Below, in pieces: positions 25,637-38,384 of a stretch of DNA of 64,000 nt (position 1 is its first letter; each line of letters starts with the position of its first letter). Below the pieces are notes generated by a model, which searched no databases, was not told where the DNA came from, and saw only the letters and a list, made by a program, of their open reading frames with translations. A program made the position numbers and the translations under genes. Location of the stretch: positions 640,001 to 704,000 of the forward strand of contig CAVZVA010000009.1 of assembly GCA_963778655.1 (NCBI GenBank), given 5' to 3'. Source of the stretch: an uncultured delta proteobacterium (GTDB lineage: Bacteria; Myxococcota_A; Polyangia; Polyangiales; JAFGIB01).

Positions 25637-27346
25637 CTAGCCTTCGCCTTGGCCTTCGCCTGGGTCCTCGCCGTCGTCCTCGCCGTCGCCCTTCTTGCCG
25701 GCGGGCGGAGGCTTCAGCCCGTACTTCTCCATCTTGTAGATCAGCGCCCTGCGCGAAATGCCGAGGATGCGCGCGGCGTGGGTCTGGTTGTAGTTGTTGT
25801 CCGCCAGCGCCTTGATGATGGCGTCGCGCTCGACCGAGCCGACGTGGTCGCGGAGCCGCCCCTCGGCGTCGAGCATCAGGTCGCCGGGCAGGTGCTCGGC
25901 CAGGATCTCGCCGCCGTCGGCCAGCGTCACCGCGCGCTCCATCGCGTTGCGCAGCTCGAGCACGTTGCCGGGCCAGGAGTAGCTGCGCATGCGGTCGATC
26001 GCCCCGGGCGAGAGCTTGACCGGGCGGTCCGACTTGAACGCCATGGCGAAGTTCTGCGCCAGCGGTACGATGCTCTCGGCGCGCATGCGCAGCGCCGGCA
26101 CGTTGATCCGGCGCGAGCCGATCTTGCCGTAGAGCTCGCGCAGGAACAGGCCGACTTGGCACAGCGCCGCCAGATCGCGGTGCGTGGAGGCGACCACGTT
26201 GTAGTCCTCGCTGCCCTCGGCGAACAGCTTGAGCAGCCGGCGCTGTCCTTGCAGCGGCAGGTCGCCGACCTCCTCCAGCAGCAGCGTGCCGCCGCGCGCG
26301 GACTCGGCAGTGCAGCTGGACACGTCGTCGGCGTTGCTGCCAAAGGCGCGCGCCAGCGACTCGCCGTCGACCAGGCCCGCGCACTGGATCAGCACGAACG
26401 GCCCGTCCTTGCGCGCGCTGCGGTCGTGAAACACCCGCGCGTAGTAGCGCTTGCCGCTGCTCGGCTCGCCCACCAGCAGCAGCGTCGCGTCTTCTTGCGA
26501 AGCGCGCGTGATCTCCTCCAGCACCTGGCGCGTGGCTTGGGTGTGCACGCTGGGGGTGGTGGCCTCGAACTCGAGCGCACCGGTGCGGCAGATGCCGCCG
26601 CCCTGCGCCAGCGCCTTGGCCAGCGCGTCGCGCGCCGCGCGCATCAGCCGCTCGACCGAGTCGCCGTCCTCGGGTGAGACCGCCAGGCCGACCGAGGCGC
26701 GCTCCGAGCCGGAGGTCTCCAGCATGCGCTCGACCACCGCGCGCGCCACGTTGGGCGGCGTGTCGGGCAGGAAGAACTCGATCTCGTCGTGGGCGTAGGT
26801 GCCGACAATGTCGCCCTCGCGAAAGGTGTTGAGCGCGGCGCCCGCGAGCTTGCTGCCGTCGCCGCTGCGGGACTTGAGCATCACCAGGCAGGTCAACCGC
26901 CCGGTGCGGCGCGCGCGCGCCAGCTCCTCGGCCACGCGCTCGGCGAACTCGGGGTGGGTGAGCGAGCGCCGGCCCTTGCGCGCCGGCGCGAAGCTGACGT
27001 TGACCTGCAGCGTGGCCGGGCCGATCTCGATCTCGTCGCCCGGCGTGACCTGCGCGCTGCCGACCACCGGCTCGCCGTTGAGCTCGATCCGCGCGTCCTC
27101 GGCGCCGGCCGTCAGCGCGACCTGCTCGCCGTTCCAGGTCAGGGTGGCGTGCCGCCGCTTGACGTCGGAGACGTCGATGCGGATGTCGGCGTCGGCGTCG
27201 CTGCCGACGCTGAGCTCGTAGAGCGGGACCAGGTCCACGACCCAGCTATGCCCGCCCACGCGGGCCGCCACGAAGGCGCGCAGCTCCCCGGTCGAGAAGC
27301 CGGAACCAGAGCCGTCGCCTCCTCTTGTTTGCGAGCTATTCAGCAT
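25637..27346 (-). CDS. FHA + degenerate GGDEF-like + degenerate sigma54-interaction AAA + Fis HTH regulator
   Basis: VKRRHA/LNGEPV/PGDEI (FHA); GEPSSGK; YSWPGNVLELRN; NQTHAARILGISRRALIYKM. Confidence 0.85.
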   Translation of the reverse strand: MLNSSQTRGGDGSGSGFSTGELRAFVAARVGGHSWVVDLVPLYELSVGSDADADIRIDVSDVKRRHATLTWNGEQVALTAGAEDARIELNGEPVVGSAQVTPGDEIEIGPATLQVNVSFAPARKGRRSLTHPEFAERVAEELARARRTGRLTCLVMLKSRSGDGSKLAGAALNTFREGDIVGTYAHDEIEFFLPDTPPNVARAVVERMLETSGSERASVGLAVSPEDGDSVERLMRAARDALAKALAQGGGICRTGALEFEATTPSVHTQATRQVLEEITRASQEDATLLLVGEPSSGKRYYARVFHDRSARKDGPFVLIQCAGLVDGESLARAFGSNADDVSSCTAESARGGTLLLEEVGDLPLQGQRRLLKLFAEGSEDYNVVASTHRDLAALCQVGLFLRELYGKIGSRRINVPALRMRAESIVPLAQNFAMAFKSDRPVKLSPGAIDRMRSYSWPGNVLELRNAMERAVTLADGGEILAEHLPGDLMLDAEGRLRDHVGSVERDAIIKALADNNYNQTHAARILGISRRALIYKMEKYGLKPPPAGKKGDGEDDGEDPGEGQGEG

Positions 27347-27680
27347 TTCCAGATCACGATTATGCGCGACTGTTCGCCAGAATATAACCGAAGACTAACC
27401 GCTGCAGGGCGAACCCGCTGCCGGGATCCGACCCGGCCGGAGGCGGGCCCGCCAGGAAATGAGCCCGGATAGGGACATAGTCAACCCGAAATTTGGGGAT
27501 CGCGAGGCCGAGCCTTGAGGGCGAAGGCCGATCCGAGGGATCCTCGGGTGTGCACTCACGCGACGCCGCGCCTGCGCAGCGGGCCGCCCGACGGGCAGCG
27601 GGGCGGCGGTCGGCGCGTGCGGCGCGCCCGACTGCTACCAGCTTCGGGGCGCGGCCGTGTTTCCACTGCGGACGGGCCCT

Positions 27681-28523
27681 GTGAACGAGCAGCTCGTGAG
27701 CCGAGCCAGCGAGCGCTTGGAGGCAGCGCCGCCCGCGCTGCCCGCTCGCGGCCGCGCGTGGCTGCGCTGGCTGGGCGCGGTCGCGGCCTTCGATCTGCTG
27801 CTGCTGTGCGCGCACGCGCTCGGCGCGCGCCTGTCGCTCTCGCCCTTCGTGGCTTACGCGGTCGGCTTCAGCGTGGTTTGCGGCAGCGCGCTGCTGACCT
27901 CGCTGGCGTGTCCGCCGGTGACGCGCCGCGCGCTTCCGATCGCGGCGCTGCTCGCGCTCGCGCTGTGGCCGCTGAGCCAGTACCCGCCGCCCGAGCTGCT
28001 GCTGGCGCTGTGCGTGACCTCCGTGCTGCTGCTCGCCGGCACGCTTTTGGGATCGGTGGTGGGCTTCGCCATCGAGCATCCCGGCCACCTGGTGTTCGTG
28101 GCGATCGTATCCTCGGTCGCGGATCTGCTCAGCGTGTTTCATCCCAGCGGACCGTCGGCGGAGATCGCACAGTCGGAAGCCGCGCTGTCGGTGTTGGCGC
28201 TGCCTTGGCCGATGCTGGGTACGACGCACATCGAGCCCTTCCTCGGCGTGGGCGACGTGGTGTTCACCGCGCTCTACCTCGCCAGCACGCGGCGTCACGG
28301 ATTGCCGTTGTGGCGCTCGGTGCTGGCCTTGACGCTGGGCTTCGGCGTGACCATGGCCGCCGTGCTGGCACTGCAGAGCGCGGTGCCGGCGCTGCCCATG
28401 CTCGGGCTGGCCATGGTCGTGGCCCAGCCCCGGGCGCGCCGGCCCCCGGCCGTCGATCGCGTTCGCGGTTACGCGCTGGCGCTGTTGATCTGCGCGCTGG
28501 CCGCGCTGCTGCTGTTGCGCTGA
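27681..28523 (+). CDS. Polytopic membrane protein; presenilin/SPP-like GxGD protease
   Basis: Multiple hydrophobic helices; VADLLSVF, LGVGDVVF, VPALP. Confidence 0.7.
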   Translation: MNEQLVSRASERLEAAPPALPARGRAWLRWLGAVAAFDLLLLCAHALGARLSLSPFVAYAVGFSVVCGSALLTSLACPPVTRRALPIAALLALALWPLSQYPPPELLLALCVTSVLLLAGTLLGSVVGFAIEHPGHLVFVAIVSSVADLLSVFHPSGPSAEIAQSEAALSVLALPWPMLGTTHIEPFLGVGDVVFTALYLASTRRHGLPLWRSVLALTLGFGVTMAAVLALQSAVPALPMLGLAMVVAQPRARRPPAVDRVRGYALALLICALAALLLLR

Positions 28524-28638
28524 GCGCCCTGGCCCGGGGCCCGGCCTGCGGCCCGCCGGCGAGAAACCCCCTTATCCGCGCCCAGCGATCGTGTTACGCA
28601 ATAGGGCTTTCCTCGCGAAGCCCCAGCAGGTAACCAGG

Positions 28639-31010
<2,372 letters not shown>

Positions 31011-31011
<1 letters not shown>

Positions 31012-32765
31012 TGGCGCGCGCGGCGGGGCCGAGCGCGGGCGCGCCGGCCGCGAGCGAAGGGCAGGGCGGCGCGCTCTTCGCCGACTTCGACCCGCGGCGT
31101 GTCGTCTATCAGGACGAGGACCTGATCGTGGTCGACAAGCCGGCCGGCGTGCCGTCGCAGGCGGCCGACCCCAGCCACGACGACGATTTACCGGCGCGGC
31201 TCAAGCGCTGGCTGGCGGCGCGGCGCGGGGTCTCGCCCGAGGCGGTCTACCTCGGCACGCACCAGCGGCTCGACCGTGACACCTCCGGGCTGTTGCTGTA
31301 CACGCTGCGGCGCGAGGCCAACGTCGCGATCGCAGCGCAGCTCGAGGGGCGGCAGGTGGGCAAGACCTATCTGGGCGCGGTCACGGGCGGCGCGCGCTTC
31401 GAGCGCGGGCGGCAGACGCCGCTCGAGCACTTCCTCGCGCGCGGGCCGGACGGGCGCATGCGGGTGGTGGGCGCGCACGCGCGTGGCGCGCGCCGGGCGC
31501 GGACGCGCGTCAGCCTGCGCGAGCGGGCCGGTGAGCGCGCCTTGCTGGAGCTGCAGTGCGACACCGGGCGCACCCATCAGCTGCGCGTGCAGCTCGCGCA
31601 CGCCGGCGCACCGATCGCGGGCGACCGGCTGTACGGCGGGGCGCGCGCGCTGCGGCTGTTGCTGCACGCGAGCGCATTGCGGCTGCGCCACCCGCGCGAC
31701 GGCCGGCCGCTGTTGCTGCAGGCGCCACCGCCGCTGGAGCTCGCGCACTGGCTCGCCCACGGCGCGGTGGACGCCAGCTCCGACCCGGCGTTGCTGCGGC
31801 GTGCGCTCGAGCTCGCGCTGCAGGCGCGCTACCGCTTGGGGCGTGCGCGCGTCGCGCCGCAGCCCACCACTGCGTTTCGCCTGTTCGACCGCGGCGGGGA
31901 CGGTTCCGACGATCTGGCGCTCGATCTGTACGGCGAGCACCTGGTCGCCCACTTCTTCGGCGAGGGCGAGCCGAGCGGCGAGGGCCGCGTGCTCGATGCG
32001 TTCGAGGCGCTCGGGCTGCGCGGCATCTACGTCAAGCGCCATCCTCGGCAGAAGAACGCGCTCGGCGATCCGCGCGCGGAGCGCTACGCGCCCTCGCTGC
32101 CGCTGCGCGGGCAGGCTGCGCCCGAGGAGCTGGTGGTGTACGAGCACGGGCTGCCGCTGGAGGTGCGCCTGGGCGACGGCCTGCGCACCGGCATCTTTCT
32201 CGATCAGCGCGACAACCGGCAGCGCGTGCGCGCGCTCGCGCAAGGCCAGCGCGTGCTCAATCTGTTCGCGTACACGGGCGGCTTTTCGGTGGCGGCGCTG
32301 GCGGGCGGCGCGCGACAGGTGCTGTCGGTCGACGCCGCGCAGGCGGCGCTTTCGTGGGCCGAGCGCAACGTGGCGCGGATCGACGCCGGCGCACGCCACC
32401 GCGCGCTGTGCGCCGACGTGTTCGACGCGCTCGGGGAGCTGGCGCGCCACGGCGAGCGCTTCGACTTGATCGTGCTCGACCCGCCGAGCTACGCGACCAC
32501 CCGCGCCCGAAGATTCCTGGTGCAAAAGCATTACGCGTCGCTGTGCCAGGCCTGCTTGCAGGTGCTGGCTCCAGGCGGCTGGATGCTGTGTTGCGTCAAT
32601 CACTACGGGATGAGCCTGCACAAGCTGCGGCGCGACGTGCGCGCGGCGGCGCGCGCCGAAAACCGGGCCGTACGCGAGCTGCGCGATCTGCCGGGGCAGC
32701 TGGACTTTCGGCCCGACCCCGAGCGCGAGCCGGGCAGCAAGAGCGTGCTGCTGCGTTGTGATTGA
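31011..32765 (+). CDS. RluA-family pseudouridine synthase fused to an RlmI/RlmK-like SAM methyltransferase
   Basis: VDKPAG, QRLDRDTSG, TGRTHQLR, PIAGDRLYG; then TGIFLDQRDNR, LNLFAYTGGFS, LDPPSY. Confidence 0.9.
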
Positions 32766-32840
32766 GAGGACCGCCGTGGCGCCCCGTGCGACGGGTCCGG
32801 ACGGTGCGGGCTCCCCCCCGGCGTCCAGGGCAAAAGGGAC

Positions 32841-32868
32841 TTGCGGAGGCTTTTGGCCTGTGTATGAT
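32841..32868 (+). promoter_or_regulatory. Putative sigma70 promoter
   Basis: TTGCGG-N16-TATGAT. Confidence 0.5.
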
Positions 32869-33087
32869 AAACGCACTAGATCTGTGAGGGGGCCGGCTCT
32901 GCAGACGCGAGCCTGCCACAGGAGCTAGGCGCATCAAGTCAGCTCAACCTCCGCCGAGTCGGAGCCGTTAGCCGGTCGGTCCAATCCCACCCGTCGCGTC
33001 GTTTCTTCGGGCGCCAGAGCGCCGGGCGGTCGAATCGACGCAACCCCACCCGGAACGTCACGCACGTTCCTCCCAGCGACGAGACCC

Positions 33088-36000
33088 ATGGCCGAGAGCC
33101 AAGCCATCGAATCCACGCCCGAAGCCGCCAGCATTGCCCAGCACGTGGGCCGCTTCTCCGATCGGGCCATCCAGCGTTTGGTCGGCGGCAACGCCTTCCT
33201 GCGCGGCCGCATCTACGCACGACGCAACGCCGTCTCCAACCTCACCGCCGAAGGCATGCAGGCCTCGTGCGACGTGCTGATCAAGGCCGACGAGCCGATC
33301 CGCGTCTCGGTCGAGCTGGCCGAGGGCGAGGTGCGCTCGGAGTGCGGCTGCCAGGCCTGGCGAGGTCCGACCGGTCACTGCAAGCACGTGGCCGCGCTCC
33401 TGGTGGCGTTGCGCGATCGCGAGCGGCCGCCGCGCCCGCGCCCGCCCGAAGCCCCGCCGCGAGAGCGAGAGGTAGTGGCACCGACCAACGGCCAGCCCTT
33501 GCAGGCGGCGGTGCGGGTGCAAGCCGCGCCCGCTCCGGCGCCGGCCAGCGGTAGCGGCAAACGCAGGCGCTCGCGCAGGCGTCGCCACGGCGCCACGTCG
33601 GCGCTCGGTGCCGAGGCGCTGCCGGTCAACGGTGGCGCGATCGAGTTGCTGGGCGTGCGCGATCTGGCGCAGGTGCGGCGTGCCGCCGCCGCCCGCGGCG
33701 CGCTGCTCGACGCCTGGCTGCCGCCGGGCGAGCTGCCCAAGCCGTGCGAGTTCGAGTACCGGCTGACTGTGCGCGCGGCGTCGATCACAGTGACGCCCGT
33801 GCTCGCGGGCACGCGCTCGGCGGTGCCGATCAACGAGGCGCTGTCCGGCTTCAATACCGTGCCCGCCTCCGATCGCCCGCTGTTCCGCGCGCTTGCGCGC
33901 CATGCGCCGCGCGGCACCTCGGCCACCGCCGAGCTGCGCAGCGAGGACGCAGCCGAGGTGCTGAGCATGCTGCGCGGGCGGCGCGTGCTGCTGGAGCCCG
34001 CCTCCAAGGAGCTGCGTTTCGCGGACGGCGCGCTGGAGCCGAAGATCGAGCTCGACCTGGCGAACAACAAGTCGGTGCGCATCCGCGTGGTGTTCGAGCT
34101 GGGCAACCGGCGCTTTCCGCTCTCGAGCGGGGCGTGGTTCGAGGGCACGCCCGGCTGGCACCTGGACACGACCGAGGGCGTGGCGCGGCCGGTCTCGACC
34201 GCGGTGACCCCGGCCTGGCTGCAGCGGCTGTACCGCTCGCCGGCGCTGGTGCAGCCGATGACCGATCTGCCGCGCTTGCTGGTGGAGTACATCCCGCGCG
34301 TGGCGGCCTCGCTGGGTACCGAGCTGCCCGATCTGAGCCAGGTGGCCGATGTGCTCGACGCCACGCCGAAGTTCTCGATCCGCACCACCGGCGACATCGT
34401 CGAGGCGCGGGCGCGACTGCGTGTGAGCTACGACCAGTTCGAGCACGAGGTACCACCGGCCGGCTTTCCGCAGCCGCTTGCATTCGAGGCACCGGTGCGC
34501 GGGGCGACCCGTCCGATCGTGGTGCGGCGCGACGTCGGTGCTGAGCTGGCGGCGGTGCAGCAGTTGCTCAACCTCGGCTTTGCCGTCGACGAGAACGGCG
34601 AGGAGCTGGTGGTGCGCGGCGACGGCGCGATCGCATTCTGGACCGAAGGCATCGGCTCGCTGCCCGAGGAATGGGAGCGCTTCATCCCGAGCGACCTGCA
34701 GGGCGTGACCGTGCGCGACAAGTCGGTGTCGCCGCGCGCGCGGGTCAGCAGCGGCGTTGACTGGCTGAGCCTGGACATGGTGTTCGAGGCGGACGGAGTC
34801 GGCGTCGACGAGCGCGAGCTGCGCGAGTGCCTGGAGAGCGGGCGGCGGTTGGTGCGCTTGCAGGACGGTACCTACGCACCGGTCAAGTCCGACGAGGTGG
34901 GCGAGATCCTGGAGCGCATGGCGGAGATCTACGCCACCAGCGGCAACGGCAAGACGCTGGCGCTGGCGCAAGCCGGGCGGGTGCAGGACCTGCTCTCGCT
35001 GGTCAACAACTCCAGCCTGACGCCGGCGGCCAAGGACCTGTTCAACAAGCTGCAGAACGTCGGCGAGATCGAGCAGATCGCCAAGCCGCGCTCGCTCAAG
35101 GCCACCCTGCGGCCGTACCAGAAGGAAGGTTTCTCGTGGCTGGTGTTCCTGCACGAGCTCAGCGCGGGCGGCATCCTGGCCGACGACATGGGCCTGGGCA
35201 AGACGGTGCAGACGATCGCGCTGCTGCTGTGGCTCAAGGCCAAGACCAAGGGTAAGGTCAGCCATCTGGTGGTGGCGCCGACCTCGGTCGTGCCCAACTG
35301 GTTGCGCGAGATCGAGAAGTTCGCGCCCAGCTTGAGCGCGCTGGCCTGGCAGGGGCCCGATCGCGATAAGCTGCTGGACAAGCTCGAGGACACCGACGTC
35401 GTGGTGACCAGCTACGCGCTGGTGCGGCGTGACGAGGAGTTCTTCCAGCAGCGCAAGTTCTGCTACGTGATCCTCGACGAGGCGCAGCACATCAAGAACC
35501 CACAGAGCGCCACCGCGCGCGCGGTCAAGAAGCTACAGAGCGAGCAGCGTCTGGCGCTGACCGGTACGCCGATCGAGAACCGCCTGAGCGAGATCTGGTC
35601 GATCTTCGATTTCGTTTCGCCCGGCCTGCTGGGCGATCTCGGCCGTTTCGAGGAGAAGTTCGCGCGGCCGATCGACCGCGGCGACAAGACCGCGGCCGAG
35701 AAGCTGCGCGCCGCGATTCATCGCTTCGTGCTGCGACGCGACAAGCTCGACGTGGCCAGGGATCTGCCCCCGAAGATCGAGCAGGACATCCTGGTGCCGA
35801 TGGCGGACGACCAGACCAAGCTGTACGCGCAGATCTTGCGCCAGGTGCGCGAGAGTGTGATGAGCGAGGTCGAAAAGCAGGGTCTGGCCAAGGCCAAGAT
35901 CCAGATCCTGGCGGCGCTGACGCGGCTGCGCCAGGTGGCCTGCGACCCGCGGCTGATGAAGCTCGAGGGCGACTGGGGCATGGACAGCAGCGGCAAGCTT

Positions 36001-36492
36001 GGCGCGTTGCGCGAGATCATGCAGGAAGCGGTGGCTGGCGGGCACCGCGTGCTGATCTTCAGCCAGTTCGTCGAGATGCTGCATCTGATCCGCAGCGTGC
36101 TGGAAGAGGAGGGGATTCGCTTCGAGTGGCTGACCGGCGCGACCACCGACCGCATGGAGCGGGTCGACCGCTTCAACGATGACAGCTCGGTGGCGGCGTT
36201 TCTGATTTCGCTCAAGGCCGGCGGCACCGGCCTGAACCTGGTTGGCGCCGATACGGTGATCCACTTCGACCCCTGGTGGAACCCGGCGGTGGAGGACCAG
36301 GCTACCGACCGCGCGCACCGCATCGGCCAGTCCAAGACCGTGTCGGTGTATCGTCTAATCGCGAAGGATTCGGTCGAGGAGAAGATCCTGCAGCTCTCGG
36401 AGAAGAAGCGCGCGCTGATGGCCAACGTGCTGAGCAGCGAGGCGCCGCTCAAGGGCCTGACCAAGCAAGACGTCGAGGATCTGTTCAGCTAG
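33088..36492 (+). CDS. SWIM zinc finger SNF2-family helicase
   Basis: CGC..HCKH; LRPYQKEG, LADDMGLGKT, DEAQ, TGTPIEN, WWNPAVEDQATDRAHRIGQ. Confidence 0.95.
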   Translation: MAESQAIESTPEAASIAQHVGRFSDRAIQRLVGGNAFLRGRIYARRNAVSNLTAEGMQASCDVLIKADEPIRVSVELAEGEVRSECGCQAWRGPTGHCKHVAALLVALRDRERPPRPRPPEAPPREREVVAPTNGQPLQAAVRVQAAPAPAPASGSGKRRRSRRRRHGATSALGAEALPVNGGAIELLGVRDLAQVRRAAAARGALLDAWLPPGELPKPCEFEYRLTVRAASITVTPVLAGTRSAVPINEALSGFNTVPASDRPLFRALARHAPRGTSATAELRSEDAAEVLSMLRGRRVLLEPASKELRFADGALEPKIELDLANNKSVRIRVVFELGNRRFPLSSGAWFEGTPGWHLDTTEGVARPVSTAVTPAWLQRLYRSPALVQPMTDLPRLLVEYIPRVAASLGTELPDLSQVADVLDATPKFSIRTTGDIVEARARLRVSYDQFEHEVPPAGFPQPLAFEAPVRGATRPIVVRRDVGAELAAVQQLLNLGFAVDENGEELVVRGDGAIAFWTEGIGSLPEEWERFIPSDLQGVTVRDKSVSPRARVSSGVDWLSLDMVFEADGVGVDERELRECLESGRRLVRLQDGTYAPVKSDEVGEILERMAEIYATSGNGKTLALAQAGRVQDLLSLVNNSSLTPAAKDLFNKLQNVGEIEQIAKPRSLKATLRPYQKEGFSWLVFLHELSAGGILADDMGLGKTVQTIALLLWLKAKTKGKVSHLVVAPTSVVPNWLREIEKFAPSLSALAWQGPDRDKLLDKLEDTDVVVTSYALVRRDEEFFQQRKFCYVILDEAQHIKNPQSATARAVKKLQSEQRLALTGTPIENRLSEIWSIFDFVSPGLLGDLGRFEEKFARPIDRGDKTAAEKLRAAIHRFVLRRDKLDVARDLPPKIEQDILVPMADDQTKLYAQILRQVRESVMSEVEKQGLAKAKIQILAALTRLRQVACDPRLMKLEGDWGMDSSGKLGALREIMQEAVAGGHRVLIFSQFVEMLHLIRSVLEEEGIRFEWLTGATTDRMERVDRFNDDSSVAAFLISLKAGGTGLNLVGADTVIHFDPWWNPAVEDQATDRAHRIGQSKTVSVYRLIAKDSVEEKILQLSEKKRALMANVLSSEAPLKGLTKQDVEDLFS

Positions 36493-36522
36493 ATGGGCTC
36501 CCGCCGCAAGGTACTTGCGTCG

Positions 36523-36600
36523 GATTCACAGGAAGACGGCAGGTCGGGAAGAGGAAAACGAGAGTCTGCGCTTTCCGCCTTCCCGTCCTCCTGTTGAATC
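36523..36600. repeat. Intergenic palindromic REP-like element (ACAGGAAGACGG / CCGTCCTCCTGT family)
   Basis: Imperfect inverted repeat; related copies near 37996-38070, 42315-42372 and 62627-62694. Confidence 0.6.
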
Positions 36601-36639
36601 CCTCTGATTGGCCGGGAGCTCGCTGCCGAGGAGGAGAGC

Positions 36640-37260
36640 ATGGCGCTGCGCGGAATCAACCACCTGGCCTTCATCACGCCCGATCTCGAGAAGACCATCC
36701 GCTTCTACCGCGACCTGCTCGACATGGAGTTGCGCGCGGGCATCGGTCACGACGGCTATCGCCACTACTTCTTCCGCTGCGGCGATGCCCAGGTGGCGTT
36801 CTTCGAGTACGAGGGCGCCGCGGTCATGAACCGCAAGTTCCACGGCACCAAGACCACCCTGCCGCTGGGCTTCGACCACGTGTCGTTCACGGTCGAGAGC
36901 TGCGAGCGACTGTTCGAATACAAGGACCGGCTGGAGGCTGCCGGGGTGGAGGTGGTGGGAGCGATCGACCACGGCACCATCTGGTCGATCTATTTCTTCG
37001 ACCCCAACGAAATTCCGCTCGAGATCAGCTGGGAGTGCCTGGAGCTCATCGAGCTGCCCGCGATCGACGAGGATGAGCCCATGAAGATCGCCGCCGAGGG
37101 CGCCCGGCGCGTCCCCGGGGTCTGGCCGGAGCCGCGGCAGCGGACGCCCAGGGAGCGCTTCACGGCGAGACCGGGCAACGGGCATCACATGCGGGAGACC
37201 TTCCTTCGTGAAGGCAAAGCGCGTATGACCGACGAGCTGCGCAGGCTGATCGAGCGCTGA
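36640..37260 (+). CDS. VOC/glyoxalase family protein
   Basis: GINHLAF, FDHVSF, SIYFFDPNEIPLE. Confidence 0.88.
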   Translation: MALRGINHLAFITPDLEKTIRFYRDLLDMELRAGIGHDGYRHYFFRCGDAQVAFFEYEGAAVMNRKFHGTKTTLPLGFDHVSFTVESCERLFEYKDRLEAAGVEVVGAIDHGTIWSIYFFDPNEIPLEISWECLELIELPAIDEDEPMKIAAEGARRVPGVWPEPRQRTPRERFTARPGNGHHMRETFLREGKARMTDELRRLIER

Positions 37261-37309
37261 CCGGACTGGGTCTCGCTGGCGCCTGGAATCCCGCACAGGA
37301 GAACCCGCC

Positions 37310-37981
37310 ATGAAGCTTTACATGCACCCGGCCTCGACCACGTCGCGTCCCGTGATGTTGTTCGCGGCCGAAGCCAAGATCGATCTCGAGCCCGTCGTCG
37401 TGGACTTGATGACCGGCGAGCACCACAAGCCGCCCTACGCGAACCTCAACCCCAGCCGCCAAGTTCCGCTGCTGGAGGACGGGGACTTTCGGCTGAGTGA
37501 GAGCTCCGCGATTCTGAAGTACCTTGCCGACAAGGTGAATTCGCCGCTCTATCCCAAGGAGCTCAAGGCCCGGGCGCGCGTCAACGAGCGCATGGACTGG
37601 TTCAACACCGGCTTCTACCGCGACCTCGGCTACAACCTGGTCTATCCGCAGATCTTTCCCCATCACAAGCGCTCGAGCGACGACGTGACCGGCGGCGTGG
37701 TGCAGTGGGGCAAGGAGAAGACGAGCTTCTGGCTCAGGATTCTCGACCAGAACATACTCGGCGACGCGCCGTACGTGTGCGGCAAGGAGATGACGATTGC
37801 CGACCTGTTCGGCTCGGCGCTGGTGACCTGCGGCGAGCTGGTCAAGACGGACTTCACGAAGTATCCGAACGTGCAGCGCTGGATCCAGCGCATGAAGCAG
37901 CTTCCGAGCTGGAACAAGGTGAGCGAGGTGCACGACGGCTTCGTGGCCTCGTTGCGTGACAAGCCACTGGTCGCGGTCTGA
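37310..37981 (+). CDS. Glutathione S-transferase
   Basis: LNPSRQVPLLEDGDFRLSESSAILKYL, TIADL. Confidence 0.92.
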   Translation: MKLYMHPASTTSRPVMLFAAEAKIDLEPVVVDLMTGEHHKPPYANLNPSRQVPLLEDGDFRLSESSAILKYLADKVNSPLYPKELKARARVNERMDWFNTGFYRDLGYNLVYPQIFPHHKRSSDDVTGGVVQWGKEKTSFWLRILDQNILGDAPYVCGKEMTIADLFGSALVTCGELVKTDFTKYPNVQRWIQRMKQLPSWNKVSEVHDGFVASLRDKPLVAV

Positions 37982-38074
37982 GGGCGGAAGCAAGCTTCAA
38001 CAGGACGACGGGAAGAACGGCGGGAAGAGAAGAACCATTGGGTCTTCCCGTCTGCCTGCCTGTCTCTTGTCCCG

Positions 38075-38374
38075 CTAGCTTGCGAACAGCGCCTCGAGCT
38101 GCTCGCGCTCGCCGCGGCGCAGGCTGTGCAGGCGCAGGCCGACCTCGAAGCGGCCGTCTTGCGTGCGCTTGCTGCCCGCGCTCTTGCCGACCAGCTGCAG
38201 CGGCGGCTCGCCCGCGTGCAGCGTGAGCTGCAGCGGGCGCCCGGGCGGATGCGCGCGCGCGCACAGCAGCCGCAGGACTCCGGCCTGCCAGCCGATCGCG
38301 ACTGCGTCCGCGCCGTCCGCGAAGCTCACCGGCAATTCGGGCCTCGAGGGCACCGCTGCGTGCTGCTCGCTCAT
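38075..38374 (-). CDS. Small hypothetical protein, PilZ-like fold possible
   Basis: Follows smpB; FEVGLRL..EREQL ending; no RxxxR motif. Confidence 0.55.
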   Translation of the reverse strand: MSEQHAAVPSRPELPVSFADGADAVAIGWQAGVLRLLCARAHPPGRPLQLTLHAGEPPLQLVGKSAGSKRTQDGRFEVGLRLHSLRRGEREQLEALFAS

Positions 38375-38384
38375 CGCCTGCGCC

